Below are positions 19,757 to 28,974 of a DNA stretch of 64,000 bases, piece after piece. The position numbers were made by a program, and so were the translations under genes. The DNA lies in the IMG/VR virus record IMGVR_UViG_3300042349_000626, one strand, 5' to 3'. The notes beneath the pieces were generated by a model. The model worked only from the letters and a program-made list of their open reading frames with translations. It was not told the origin of the DNA and did no database searches. Position 1 is the stretch's first letter. Each line of letters opens with the position of its first letter. This DNA comes from a virus (taxonomy: Duplodnaviria > Heunggongvirae > Uroviricota > Caudoviricetes).

Positions 19757-20113
19757 ATGAACTTTGGTGAATTGACGAAGGACAATTGGGTTCTCTTTGC
19801 TATTAAACATTATGATAATCCTTCGTCAGTTACATATGATGACTTTGAAGAAGATCTAAATAAGTTTAAGTACTTGAAGAGATTATTTAAGCGGTATGAA
19901 TTGACAGGTGAATTAAAAACTCACCTGATTTTAAATCATATCATTCTACTTTATAATGTATTTGATGACGCTGCCACCCCGTTGTTTTTCTTTAAAATAG
20001 AAGCAGCGTATTGGCCAATTTTAAAAGCTTTCTTGCTTTTTTTAAACCGATTACCAGAATCCCTTAATAAAGAAGTTGATCAAGAATGTCTAAAGCAACT
20101 GAATCTAATTTAA
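19757..20113 (+). CDS. Conserved T4-like hypothetical protein
   Basis: FAIKHYDNP, DFEEDLNKFKYLKRL, HLILNHII. Confidence 0.7.
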   Translation: MNFGELTKDNWVLFAIKHYDNPSSVTYDDFEEDLNKFKYLKRLFKRYELTGELKTHLILNHIILLYNVFDDAATPLFFFKIEAAYWPILKAFLLFLNRLPESLNKEVDQECLKQLNLI

Positions 20114-20814
20114 ACGAATTTGCTAATGTCGCTGGTGACGGTAGCGGTCTTCAATTACCTCCTTCGTTTGTCTTGGTAAATCCAAAGCAACACCGTAAAT
20201 ATAAAAAATCAAATAAAATTTATATTGACGGACGAACAAAAGGAGCAAAAAATTTACTCTCTCGTATATCAAAAAGAAAACAAATGAAAGAAGAATTAGC
20301 ACAACTTATTTCTGAGGCGGTTCCCTCCGAAACCGAGAGAGCCCAAAAACAAATTGGTCAGCAGAAAAAACTGAATCGTCAAAAAGATCTTCAAAAGAAG
20401 CGTGACGAAGCGAAAGCTAAGATGATGACCAAAACAAAAGAAATGGATACATTAATGAAAGCACGTCTTTCAGATTTTAAAAAGAGGGCATCTGAACAAC
20501 AAAAGAAAGTGTCCTTAAAAAATTCTTATGAACCTACTGTTGGAATGACTATGACTGAATCGACTAATCAATTAGATGCTTTAGATGTTGCCTTACAAGT
20601 TGCTACTTCTGAGCTAACTCATGGAGAAACTCATTTTGCTAAAATTAAATTTGACGATGGATCTGTACAAAATTTAGATAATTTTTCTGCTAAGAAAATT
20701 GCTGCTACATATGCTTCTCTTTCTCCAGAGAATCAAACACAATTTAGATATATGCTTAATAAAGATGCTTCTACGTATCAAAGTGCTCTTGACTTTGCCG
20801 TAAGAAATATTTAA
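20086..20814 (+). CDS. Hypothetical late protein with a coiled coil (start uncertain)
   Basis: 242 aa ORF; DGRTK motif; K/Q-rich helix. Confidence 0.6.
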   Translation: MSKATESNLNEFANVAGDGSGLQLPPSFVLVNPKQHRKYKKSNKIYIDGRTKGAKNLLSRISKRKQMKEELAQLISEAVPSETERAQKQIGQQKKLNRQKDLQKKRDEAKAKMMTKTKEMDTLMKARLSDFKKRASEQQKKVSLKNSYEPTVGMTMTESTNQLDALDVALQVATSELTHGETHFAKIKFDDGSVQNLDNFSAKKIAATYASLSPENQTQFRYMLNKDASTYQSALDFAVRNI

Positions 20815-20829
20815 ATTGCAGATAAGTAG

Positions 20830-21261
20830 ATGTTTAACAATTTTTCAAAAGACCTCGCCAAATTGGATGTATTGGAATCTAAATTAAACATCTATGAATC
20901 ACTATCAAGGGAGATGCTCGACAAGTTGGAGAATGCTGTAGATAAAATTTCGGAAGGCAATTCTCGTATTGCCACGATTTTAGCTAAGCATGACGAACGT
21001 ATTGAGCAAAGTCTCAAGACAGATGAACTTATGATTAAAATGATCGATGAAGTAAAACATTCAAATTCTGAAGAACATAAAGCGGTAATTAAAAGAATAG
21101 AAACAGTAGAAACTAATATTTCCGAGTTATCAAAATTTAAATGGCAGGCGGCGGCCCTTGTTGGTGCTGCCGTTTTGCTTGTGGGGATGATCGTTCCCTT
21201 TGTTGACAACCTGCTTAGTATGCCCTATAATGGTAGGAGCGAGCAGACCCGTCTTAAATAA
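20830..21261 (+). CDS. Coiled-coil protein with a C-terminal transmembrane helix
   Basis: Heptad pattern followed by WQAAALVGAAVLLVGMIVPFV. Confidence 0.65.
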   Translation: MFNNFSKDLAKLDVLESKLNIYESLSREMLDKLENAVDKISEGNSRIATILAKHDERIEQSLKTDELMIKMIDEVKHSNSEEHKAVIKRIETVETNISELSKFKWQAAALVGAAVLLVGMIVPFVDNLLSMPYNGRSEQTRLK

Positions 21262-22253
21262 TGAGTTACATTGATGTCAAGTACATTGGTCTAGTTTCTC
21301 CCCAGCTTCAAAAATTCTCTAAGAAAAAAGATTCCCTCTACAACTTCCGGTGTCCTTACTGTGGTGACAGTAAGAAACATCAGAACAAAACTAGAGGGTA
21401 TCTTTTTAAGGTCAAGAATGACTTTGTTTTTAAGTGTCACAATTGTGGTGTAGGAAGAACGCTTACCAATTTTCTAAAAGATAATTGTGTTCATCTGTAT
21501 AATCAATACGTGATGGAACGTTATCGTGAAGGTCTTACTGGAAAAAATACTCAAACTAAAAATCCAGATTTTGATTTTAAATCTCCTGAATTTAAGAAAA
21601 AGAAAACAGGAGTTGAGCTAGATAAAATTTCAGAACTAAATATTACACATCCAGCACGGGTGTACTTAGAAAACAGAAAAATTAAAGATCTCGATTATTT
21701 TTATTACTGTCCCAAATTTAAAGAATGGACAAACTCTCAGCTTCCTGTTTTTCCAAACCTGAAGCAAGATAGTCCAAGAATTATTATACCGTTACGGGAT
21801 AAAGATGGAAACATGTTTGGATATCAAGGAAGATCCTTAGCACCGAAAGCAAAGATTCGCTACATCACAGTGATGTTAGACGAATCAAAACCAAAGGTAT
21901 TCGGACTTGATAGGGTAGACGAAACCAAAGCAGTTTATGTAACGGAGGGACCATTTGACTCAATGTTTATTCCAAATAGCATCGCTATGTGTGGTAGTGA
22001 TGTTAATCTTGGAGGATACGGTTATCAATTCGTGTATGTATTTGATAACGAACCAAGAAATAAACAGATCGTTCAGAAAATATCTGATACAATTGATAAA
22101 GGATTATCCGTAGTTATCTTTCCTTCTAATATAGAAGAAAAAGATATAAACGATATGATCATGGCTAACTATGATGTCCAAACTTTAATTAAACAAAACA
22201 CTTATCAAGGGTTGGAAGCAAAACTTAAATTAATCGAATGGAAGAAAGTATGA
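21261..22253 (+). CDS. gp61: DNA primase
   Basis: Zinc finger CPYCGD...CHNC; TOPRIM VTEGPFDS, DNE, KDIND. Confidence 0.96.
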   Translation: MSYIDVKYIGLVSPQLQKFSKKKDSLYNFRCPYCGDSKKHQNKTRGYLFKVKNDFVFKCHNCGVGRTLTNFLKDNCVHLYNQYVMERYREGLTGKNTQTKNPDFDFKSPEFKKKKTGVELDKISELNITHPARVYLENRKIKDLDYFYYCPKFKEWTNSQLPVFPNLKQDSPRIIIPLRDKDGNMFGYQGRSLAPKAKIRYITVMLDESKPKVFGLDRVDETKAVYVTEGPFDSMFIPNSIAMCGSDVNLGGYGYQFVYVFDNEPRNKQIVQKISDTIDKGLSVVIFPSNIEEKDINDMIMANYDVQTLIKQNTYQGLEAKLKLIEWKKV

Positions 22254-24562
22254 GCAACGGGATTCAAGTTAAAAAGCGTAGTGGTTCTGTAGAACCTCTT
22301 AACCTAGACAAAATTCATCGTATGGTAGATGAAGCATGTGATGGTCTTGCTGGTGTTTCTGCTTCACAAGTAGAAATGAATTCGGGAATACAATTTTATA
22401 ATGGCATCACAACGGAAGAAATTCAAGAAATTCTTATTCGTTCCGCCAGTGATCTTATTTCTTTAGATAATTCAAACTACCAGTTTGTAGCAGCAAGGCT
22501 TCTTTTGTTTTCGCTGAGAAAGCAAGTGTTTCATAAAAACATTTGGAAAGAAGGAATGCCGAGCATCTATGATGTTGCTCTTTACAATTCTACTGTTCTG
22601 AAAGTTTACGACGAAGAAATTCTTGATAAGTATAGCGATGAAGATTGGACAAAAATTAATGGTTGGGTCGATCATGACCGTGACTATTTGTTTTCATATG
22701 CTGGTCTTCGTCAGGTAGTTGACAAGTATCTTGTACAGGATAGAAGCAGTGGAGAAATTTTTGAAACTCCACAGTACATGTACATGATGATTGCTCTAAC
22801 TCTCTTTGCTGAGTATCCTCTGTCGGTGAGATTAGATTACGTTCGCCGTTATTACAATGCCATCTCCAAGCACAAAATCAACATCCCAACACCAATCATG
22901 GCGGGAGTCAGAACACCCCTTAGACAGTTTGCTAGTTGTGTTCTTATTGATAGCGATGACACCCTCAATAGCATCTTTAGCAGTGACATGGCTATTGGTC
23001 GCTACGTTGCTCAAAGGGCGGGCATCGGCATCAACGCTGGCAGAATCCGTGGTGTCAACAGCAAAATTCGAGGGGGAGAAGTTGCTCATACAGGGGTTAT
23101 CCCATTCCTCAAAAAGTTTGAAGCAACTGTCCGATGCTGTACACAAAACGGGATTCGTGGTGGAAGTGCTACTGTCCACTTTCCAATCTGGCACCAAGAG
23201 ATAGAAGATATTCTTGTTCTTAAAAATAATAAAGGAACAGAAGATAACCGTGTTCGTAAACTTGATTACTCAATTCAAATCAGCAAATTGTTCTATGAAA
23301 GGTTTATCAAAAATGAGGACATCACGTTATTTTCTCCCCATGATGTCCCTGGTCTTTATGACGCTTTCGGCACTACTGAGTTTGATGATTTGTATACCGC
23401 TTACGAATCAGATTCTTCAATCCCACAAAAGCGAATTGGTGCTCAAGGATTAATTCTCGATCTTCTTAAAGAACGTGCCGAAACTGGGCGTATCTATATT
23501 ATGAATATCGATCATTGCAACTCTCATTCTTCTTTTAAAGATAAGGTTTACATGTCCAATCTGTGCCAAGAAATTACTCTTCCCACAGATCCTCTAGAAC
23601 ATATTGATGGTGATGGTGAGATTGCTTTGTGTATTCTTTCTGCTATCAATGTGGGTAAACTGAAGAACCTCGATGATCTAGAAGAACTTTGTGATCTTGC
23701 TGTTCGTGGTTTGGAAGAATTGATTGATTATCAAAACTATCCAATTAAAGCAGCAGAAATTTCTACATTGAATCGCCGTTCACTTGGTATTGGATATATT
23801 GGTCTAGCACATTACTTAGCAAAACATGGAGAACACTATGATGATCCAGGAGCATGGAAACTCGTCCACGACCTTACTGAAGCTTTCCAGTTCTATCTGC
23901 TCAAATCCTCAAACGACATCGCCAAAGAAAAAGGGAAGTGTGGTTATTTCGATAGAACAAAGTATTCAGACGGTATCCTCCCAATCGACACTTATAAATC
24001 TGACGTAGACGAAATCGTACCCAACAACCTCAATTATGATTGGGAAGAACTTAGGACATCCATCTTGGCTCACGGTCTCAGGCACTCAACATTGTCCGCA
24101 CAGATGCCTTCGGAGAGCAGTTCCGTTGTGTCAAACGAGACAAATGGAATCGAGCCACCTAGAGATTACTTGTCCATTAAAAAATCAAAGAAAGGACCAC
24201 TTAAGCAGATTGTTCCCTCTTATCAATCTCTTAAAAATAACTATACGCTTCTTTGGGATATGCCTAACAATACTGGTTATATCAATATTGTTGCTGTTAT
24301 GCAGAAGTTCTTTGATCAAGCAATCTCAGGTAACTGGTCGTATAATCCAGAAAATTATCCCGATAATGAAGTACCTGTGTCGGTAATGGCACAAGACTTC
24401 CTCAACACTTATAAGTATGGGTGGAAAACTTCTTACTATCAAAACACATATGATGCTAAGAAAGATGAATCAATTGACGAACAAAAGAAACAAGACATAG
24501 AATCTATGCTTGATGATTTACTAAACTTACAGGAGGATGATTGTGACAGTTGTAAAATTTAG
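22250..24562 (+). CDS. nrdA: Class Ia ribonucleotide reductase alpha subunit
   Basis: ATP cone VKKRSG, PTP, SNLCQE, C-terminal CDSCKI; start MSNG at 22250. Confidence 0.97.
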   Translation: MSNGIQVKKRSGSVEPLNLDKIHRMVDEACDGLAGVSASQVEMNSGIQFYNGITTEEIQEILIRSASDLISLDNSNYQFVAARLLLFSLRKQVFHKNIWKEGMPSIYDVALYNSTVLKVYDEEILDKYSDEDWTKINGWVDHDRDYLFSYAGLRQVVDKYLVQDRSSGEIFETPQYMYMMIALTLFAEYPLSVRLDYVRRYYNAISKHKINIPTPIMAGVRTPLRQFASCVLIDSDDTLNSIFSSDMAIGRYVAQRAGIGINAGRIRGVNSKIRGGEVAHTGVIPFLKKFEATVRCCTQNGIRGGSATVHFPIWHQEIEDILVLKNNKGTEDNRVRKLDYSIQISKLFYERFIKNEDITLFSPHDVPGLYDAFGTTEFDDLYTAYESDSSIPQKRIGAQGLILDLLKERAETGRIYIMNIDHCNSHSSFKDKVYMSNLCQEITLPTDPLEHIDGDGEIALCILSAINVGKLKNLDDLEELCDLAVRGLEELIDYQNYPIKAAEISTLNRRSLGIGYIGLAHYLAKHGEHYDDPGAWKLVHDLTEAFQFYLLKSSNDIAKEKGKCGYFDRTKYSDGILPIDTYKSDVDEIVPNNLNYDWEELRTSILAHGLRHSTLSAQMPSESSSVVSNETNGIEPPRDYLSIKKSKKGPLKQIVPSYQSLKNNYTLLWDMPNNTGYINIVAVMQKFFDQAISGNWSYNPENYPDNEVPVSVMAQDFLNTYKYGWKTSYYQNTYDAKKDESIDEQKKQDIESMLDDLLNLQEDDCDSCKI

Positions 24563-25730
24563 AAAAGAGAATAACGAAATGTCTAAGCACATTGATGGCA
24601 TGACTGTTTTCAATACTGATAAAGTTAATTCACTTAAACAACCGATGTTCTTTGGTGCCCCCTTGGGGGTCCAAAGATACGATCAGTTTAAGTATCCTGT
24701 ATTTGATAAACTAACTCAGCAGCAACTTGGATATTTCTGGAGACCAGAAGAAGTTTCTCTTCAAAAAGATAGAGCTGATTTCCAATCACTTCGCCCAGAA
24801 CAAAAGCATATTTTTACTGCTAATCTAAAGTATCAAATTCTTCTTGACTCTGTTCAGGGTCGTGGTCCAAGTATGGCATTTGCTCCATACTGCTCTCTTC
24901 CAGAACTTGAAGCTTGTATGAAAGCTTGGGAGTTTATGGAAATGGTTCACTCACGGTCTTACACTTACATTATTAAAAATGTATATGCTGATCCCACCGA
25001 AGTGTTTGATACTATTATTAACGATGAACAGATTCTTCAGCGGGCACGTAGTGTAACCAAATCATATGATGAATTTATTCAAGCTGCTCAAGATTATTCT
25101 TCTGGACAACAATGGCGCCATCAACTTGAAGGAGTTGATGCTGCTAAAGATACTCTTTATGAACTAAAACGAAAACTTTATCTTGCCATCACAAATGTTA
25201 ATATTCTTGAGGGCATTCGTTTTTATGTAAGTTTTGCTTGTAGCTTTGCTTTTGGTGAACTTAAATTAATGGAGGGTAACTCTAAAATTATTGGTTTGAT
25301 TGCTCGTGACGAATCACAACATCTTGTCATCACTCAAAACATTCTTAACAAATGGCATAACGGGGATGATCCTGATATGGTAACTATTGCTAAAGAAGAA
25401 GAACAAAATGTTTATTCTATGTTTAAGCAATGTGTTGAAGAAGAAAAACTTTGGGCTGAGTATTTGTTTAAAGATGGTTCAATGATTGGTCTTAATGCTA
25501 AACTACTACAGAAGTATGTTGAGTGGGTTGCTAATCGTCGTCTTAAAGCAATTGGTTTGAATCCAATTTTTGATGCTCCTCTAAACAATAATCCACTTCC
25601 TTGGACTGAGCATTGGCTTTCTTCTAAAGGTCTTCAAGTTGCTCCTCAAGAAACAGAAGTAGAATCTTATGTTATTGGTGGCATTAAACAAGACGTTAAG
25701 GAAAATACTTTTGCTGGATTTAAACTTTAA
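24537..25730 (+). CDS. nrdB: Ribonucleotide reductase beta subunit (start uncertain, 24537-24579)
   Basis: FWRPEEV, EMVHSRSY, EGIRFYVSF, IARDESQH. Confidence 0.96.
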   Translation: MIVTVVKFRKENNEMSKHIDGMTVFNTDKVNSLKQPMFFGAPLGVQRYDQFKYPVFDKLTQQQLGYFWRPEEVSLQKDRADFQSLRPEQKHIFTANLKYQILLDSVQGRGPSMAFAPYCSLPELEACMKAWEFMEMVHSRSYTYIIKNVYADPTEVFDTIINDEQILQRARSVTKSYDEFIQAAQDYSSGQQWRHQLEGVDAAKDTLYELKRKLYLAITNVNILEGIRFYVSFACSFAFGELKLMEGNSKIIGLIARDESQHLVITQNILNKWHNGDDPDMVTIAKEEEQNVYSMFKQCVEEEKLWAEYLFKDGSMIGLNAKLLQKYVEWVANRRLKAIGLNPIFDAPLNNNPLPWTEHWLSSKGLQVAPQETEVESYVIGGIKQDVKENTFAGFKL

Positions 25731-25741
25731 AATCGAATAGA

Positions 25742-25770
25742 TAAATACCCCTAGTGATAGGGGTTTTTTA
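25742..25770 (+). terminator. Late promoter TAAATA adjoining a terminator
   Basis: ACCCCTA-gtga-TAGGGGT followed by a T tract. Confidence 0.7.
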
Positions 25771-25772
25771 TT

Positions 25773-26108
25773 ATGAAAGTACAATCAGCAAAAGCGAAAG
25801 GTCGTCGCCTTCAACAATGGGTTCGTGATAAACTTATCGAAATGCTTGATGTTCATCCTGAAGATATTGAAAGTAGATCCATGGGTGCTGGTGGCGAAGA
25901 TTTAATTATGGCACGAGCTGCCAGACAAAAGTTTCCCCATAGCATTGAATGTAAAAATGTGGAGAAGTTAAATGTTTGGGATGCTTACGAGCAAGCTCAA
26001 GCAAACTCAGGTGATTATGAACCAGTTCTTGTTATGAAAAAGAATGGCAAAAAACCATTAGTCGTACTAGATGCCGAGTATTATATTCAACTTCATAGAG
26101 AAAAATAA
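25773..26108 (+). CDS. PD-(D/E)XK nuclease, Holliday junction resolvase-like
   Basis: SAKAKGRRLQQWVRD, GEDL, SIECKN. Confidence 0.7.
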   Translation: MKVQSAKAKGRRLQQWVRDKLIEMLDVHPEDIESRSMGAGGEDLIMARAARQKFPHSIECKNVEKLNVWDAYEQAQANSGDYEPVLVMKKNGKKPLVVLDAEYYIQLHREK

Positions 26109-26812
26109 TGAAAATTAATTTACTTAACTTCTTCAAACATTTTGATGAGAAGAATCCCAACCACGTAAAAGCAGCTGAAATACTTTTACGTGCCTTAGAA
26201 AAATCAGCACCAGAACAACTAGAAGATACTTCTGAATGGGTAAAAACATTTAGAACATCTGCTCAAAAACAAGCAACTAATATTCTAGAAAATTTCCCTT
26301 GGTTCCCTCAAACAGATAACTATAGAGATGCTCAGAGAACTTGTAATAGTTCTGCCTGTGCTATGTGCTTAGAGTATTTAAAACCAGGCACACTCAAAGG
26401 ACCTAAGGGTGATGATGCTTATGTACAAAAAGTATTTGCTACTGGAGACACTACAGATCACACAGTTCAAACCAAAGTATTGATGTCGTATGGCATTAAT
26501 TCTGCTTTTAGATATAACTTAACATTTGCTGACCTAGACCGAGAACTTTCTGCCAAACGTCCCATAGTAATTGGCATCCTTCACAGGGGGTCTCTGGGTG
26601 CCCCTACAGGAGGCCATATGGTAGTTGTGATGGGGAAGACCCCAGCAGGTGATTACATCGTTCACGACCCATACGGAAGCCTTAACGATGGATATACTGG
26701 CCCCGTGACCAACGGCATAGGTGCTGTGTACAAACGAGGCGATCTTGTTCGTAGATGGTGTCCAAAAGGTAACGATGGGTGGGGTAGAGTTTTTGATGCT
26801 GTAAAAAAGTAG
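26108..26812 (+). CDS. Peptidase C39-like protein (N-terminal part of a putative frameshift endolysin)
   Basis: TCNSSACAM (Cys), GGHMVVV (His), VHDPYG (Asp); ends GTA AAA AAG TAG. Confidence 0.8.
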   Translation: MKINLLNFFKHFDEKNPNHVKAAEILLRALEKSAPEQLEDTSEWVKTFRTSAQKQATNILENFPWFPQTDNYRDAQRTCNSSACAMCLEYLKPGTLKGPKGDDAYVQKVFATGDTTDHTVQTKVLMSYGINSAFRYNLTFADLDRELSAKRPIVIGILHRGSLGAPTGGHMVVVMGKTPAGDYIVHDPYGSLNDGYTGPVTNGIGAVYKRGDLVRRWCPKGNDGWGRVFDAVKK

Positions 26813-27288
26813 AAAGTGTTGCTTCCGCTATTCCTCAACAGGGAGTAGCACTTATTAAAGAGTTTGAGGGTTGTCATTTAAAATCATATCCAGATCCTAA
26901 AACAGGTGCTGCTCCTATCACTATAGGTTGGGGCAGTACTCGTAGACCAGATGGATCTACTTTTATGCTAGGACAATTTATTACTCAACAGCAAGCAGAT
27001 GATTATTTGATGTATGATGTCGAGCGTAGATTTTTACCACAATTAGCCAAAATACCATACTGGGAGGAAATGAATGACAATCAAAGGGGGGCTTTACTTT
27101 GCTTTGCTTACAATCTTGGTGCAGATTTTTATGGTCATCCTGACTTCAATACTATTACAAGGACATTAAAAAATAAAGAATGGTCTAAAGTACCCGATGC
27201 TCTTTATCTTTATAGAAATCCTGGTAGTAATGTAGAGGCAGGATTAGCAAGAAGAAGAAAAGCAGAAGGTAAACTTTGGATTAGTTAG
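26803..27288 (+). CDS. GH24 phage lysozyme domain, probably reached by -1 frameshifting
   Basis: Frame opens after TGA 26794-26796 and reads KKVESVASAIPQQGVALIKEFEGCHLKSYPDP...TIGWG...ALLCFAYNLG...GLARRRKAE; first ATG (26965) is downstream of the catalytic E/D/T. Confidence 0.85.
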   Translation, partial: KKVESVASAIPQQGVALIKEFEGCHLKSYPDPKTGAAPITIGWGSTRRPDGSTFMLGQFITQQQADDYLMYDVERRFLPQLAKIPYWEEMNDNQRGALLCFAYNLGADFYGHPDFNTITRTLKNKEWSKVPDALYLYRNPGSNVEAGLARRRKAEGKLWIS

Positions 27289-27521
27289 TCTTCCATCTTT
27301 GCTTTTAATCCAAGCAATGCTGTAAAGATAGTAAACAAAGCACTATACCCTTTGTCTATAGAGTTCTCACACTTTATAGATGGGGGGTTTTTTAATATGC
27401 CTTTTGCATTGGCACTTTCAATTGATCCAGGAACCATGTAGTTACAATTAACAAAAGTAATTCCAACATATCCTACAGTACAAACAACAATGATAATGAT
27501 TAGTTTGTCTAGTATTTTCAT
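27285..27521 (-). CDS. Small protein with two hydrophobic segments
   Basis: LIIIIVVCTVGYVGITFV and YSALFTIFTALLGL. Confidence 0.55.
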   Translation of the reverse strand: MKILDKLIIIIVVCTVGYVGITFVNCNYMVPGSIESANAKGILKNPPSIKCENSIDKGYSALFTIFTALLGLKAKMED

Positions 27522-27709
27522 CTTCCTTCTTGTTTATGAATCCAAGTTTTCAACTCGTGTAAATATTGCCTAAGTTGATCTGCTTTTTGTAGATGCCAAA
27601 TCTCGCCACTCTTGAAATATTCTTGAGTGTGATTATCAATTGCTTTTAATGTGTTATGTATAGGAGCATTCCATGGCTCCCTAATCGGAGTGTTCCACTC
27701 TCTTGGCAT
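27518..27709 (-). CDS. Small conserved hypothetical protein
   Basis: MPREWNTPIREPWNAPIH...; minus-strand TAAATA at 27733-27738. Confidence 0.65.
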   Translation of the reverse strand: MPREWNTPIREPWNAPIHNTLKAIDNHTQEYFKSGEIWHLQKADQLRQYLHELKTWIHKQEGR

Positions 27710-27749
27710 ACGTTCGGGTTCCCCACCAAATATATTTATCCAGGGGGGG

Positions 27750-27779
27750 TTGACAAGACGACTAAATAGGTGCTATAGT
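27750..27779 (+). promoter_or_regulatory. Composite early and late promoter
   Basis: TTGACA, 18 nt, TATAGT, with TAAATA (27763-27768) inside the spacer. Confidence 0.7.
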
Positions 27780-27840
27780 ATGAGTGCTTTACAGTTTGTA
27801 ATAATTGTAAAGCTCATATCATGACAACGTGAGTGACAAT

Positions 27841-27907
27841 TAGAGCCGTGGAAAGTGCCCTCCGAGAGGTTGGGTGTACCCCCTTTCTATACGGATGTAG
27901 AGTTCTA
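27841..27907 (+). ncRNA. Candidate structured 5' leader RNA, family unassigned
   Basis: Nested pairings TAGAGC/GTTCTA, CCGTG/TACGG, GAAAG/CTTTC, GCCC/GGGT; GC-rich island just before the ATG. Confidence 0.5.
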
Positions 27908-27916
27908 TTCAATTAA

Positions 27917-28279
27917 ATGCTTTTTAAAACCCTTTCAATTTTTGCCATTGCCGCTGTAGGACTAGCACCCCTTCAAGTAAAGGCAGCGAGCGGATGTTCC
28001 CTCGCCTCTCATTATGGAATCGGTGACGGATATCACGGGCAGACAACTGCCAATGGCGAAAGATACAATGCTTATGGAAAATCGGTAGCACATAAGTGGT
28101 TGCCATTCGGAACAAGGTTAAGAGTGACTAATCAACGAAATGGTAAATCAGTGATTGTGCGTGTGAATGATCGTGGTCCCTATGTAGGTGGTAGAGATCT
28201 AGATTTGTCTTATGGAGCATTTTCCACAATTGCTTCTCCAAGTCAAGGTGTAGCTAGCATCTGTTATTCACGGGTCTGA
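27917..28279 (+). CDS. RlpA-like DPBB lytic transglycosylase with a signal peptide
   Basis: ASHYG...TANGERY...VAHKWLPFGTRLRVTN...VRVNDRGPY...DLDLS. Confidence 0.88.
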   Translation: MLFKTLSIFAIAAVGLAPLQVKAASGCSLASHYGIGDGYHGQTTANGERYNAYGKSVAHKWLPFGTRLRVTNQRNGKSVIVRVNDRGPYVGGRDLDLSYGAFSTIASPSQGVASICYSRV

Positions 28280-28323
28280 CAACACCATAAATAATGGGGA
28301 GTGCTGCAGACCTCCCCTTTTTT

Positions 28324-28725
28324 ATGAACCTTAAACAAAAAACAATTAGGTTTGCCATCATTGGCATTACATTAACAACAATAGTAGCATCTCTTTCAAA
28401 ATGTACAGGTATTGATGAGAAACATCTTTATGACCTACTTGACGAAATCCAACGAAAGTATTTTCCAAATACTGAATTGAACGAATACATTATCAAAGAT
28501 CCTAAACTTTTAGACAATAGAGTTAAGCGTGACGTTGACAAAGCAATTGCTGAGTATGAACGCTTGACAGGAGACGATGGACGTGTTAGAATGCCATCGC
28601 CACGACGCTCAGAGAAACCAGTAGACATCTCGGTGTGCTACACTCCTGAATGTCAAGCACTCGGAGGAGAAATCCGAATCTGTTCCCCATGGGTTGACAA
28701 CTGCCCATCGGGTATGGTAGACTAG
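28324..28725 (+). CDS. Hypothetical protein, possibly a lipoprotein
   Basis: Hydrophobic N-terminus followed by SKC; likely start 28324 after a terminator hairpin (28296-28323). Confidence 0.55.
   Translation: MNLKQKTIRFAIIGITLTTIVASLSKCTGIDEKHLYDLLDEIQRKYFPNTELNEYIIKDPKLLDNRVKRDVDKAIAEYERLTGDDGRVRMPSPRRSEKPVDISVCYTPECQALGGEIRICSPWVDNCPSGMVD
28694..28723 (+). promoter_or_regulatory. sigma70-type promoter for the tRNA cluster
   Basis: TTGACA, 18 nt, TAGACT with a TG extension. Confidence 0.6.
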
Positions 28726-28735
28726 ATGAGTGATT

Positions 28736-28809
28736 GGGTTAGTAGCTCAGATGGATAGAGCAATTCACTTCTAATGAATTGGTCGGGGGTTCGAGTCCCT
28801 CCTAACCCG
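28736..28809 (+). tRNA. tRNA-Arg(TCT)
   Basis: Acceptor GGGTTAG/CTAACCC; anticodon loop CTTCTAA. Confidence 0.93.
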
Positions 28810-28835
28810 TTGGGGATTAACCCCAATTTAAATAA

Positions 28836-28907
28836 GGGCGATTAGCGCAGCGGTAGCGCACCTCCTTTACACGGAGATGGTCACTGGTTCGAATCCAGTA
28901 TCGCCCA
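28836..28907 (+). tRNA. tRNA-Val(TAC)
   Basis: Acceptor GGGCGAT/ATCGCCC; anticodon loop TTTACAC. Confidence 0.92.
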
Positions 28908-28974
28908 TTATACTAATAAATAACTATGGAAGAAATTCAAAGTGAACTGAAAGATATCAAAAGGATGTTAAAAG

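Noticed and set aside
20105-20120. TTTAAAC slippery-like heptamer at the 19757/20086 ORF junction
   Set aside because: The heptamer is phased in the downstream frame, not the upstream one, and the downstream ORF has its own ATG at 20086
11749-25730. Inteins, introns or homing endonucleases in gp43, gp41, nrdA, nrdB (also psbA and thyX)
   Set aside because: The ORFs are contiguous and of normal length, with no intein or LAGLIDADG/GIY-YIG/HNH motifs seen
26777-26790. GGGTGGGGT as an internal Shine-Dalgarno stimulating the endolysin frameshift
   Set aside because: About 17 nt from the heptamer, beyond the usual 10-14 nt, and explained by the Gly-Trp-Gly codons
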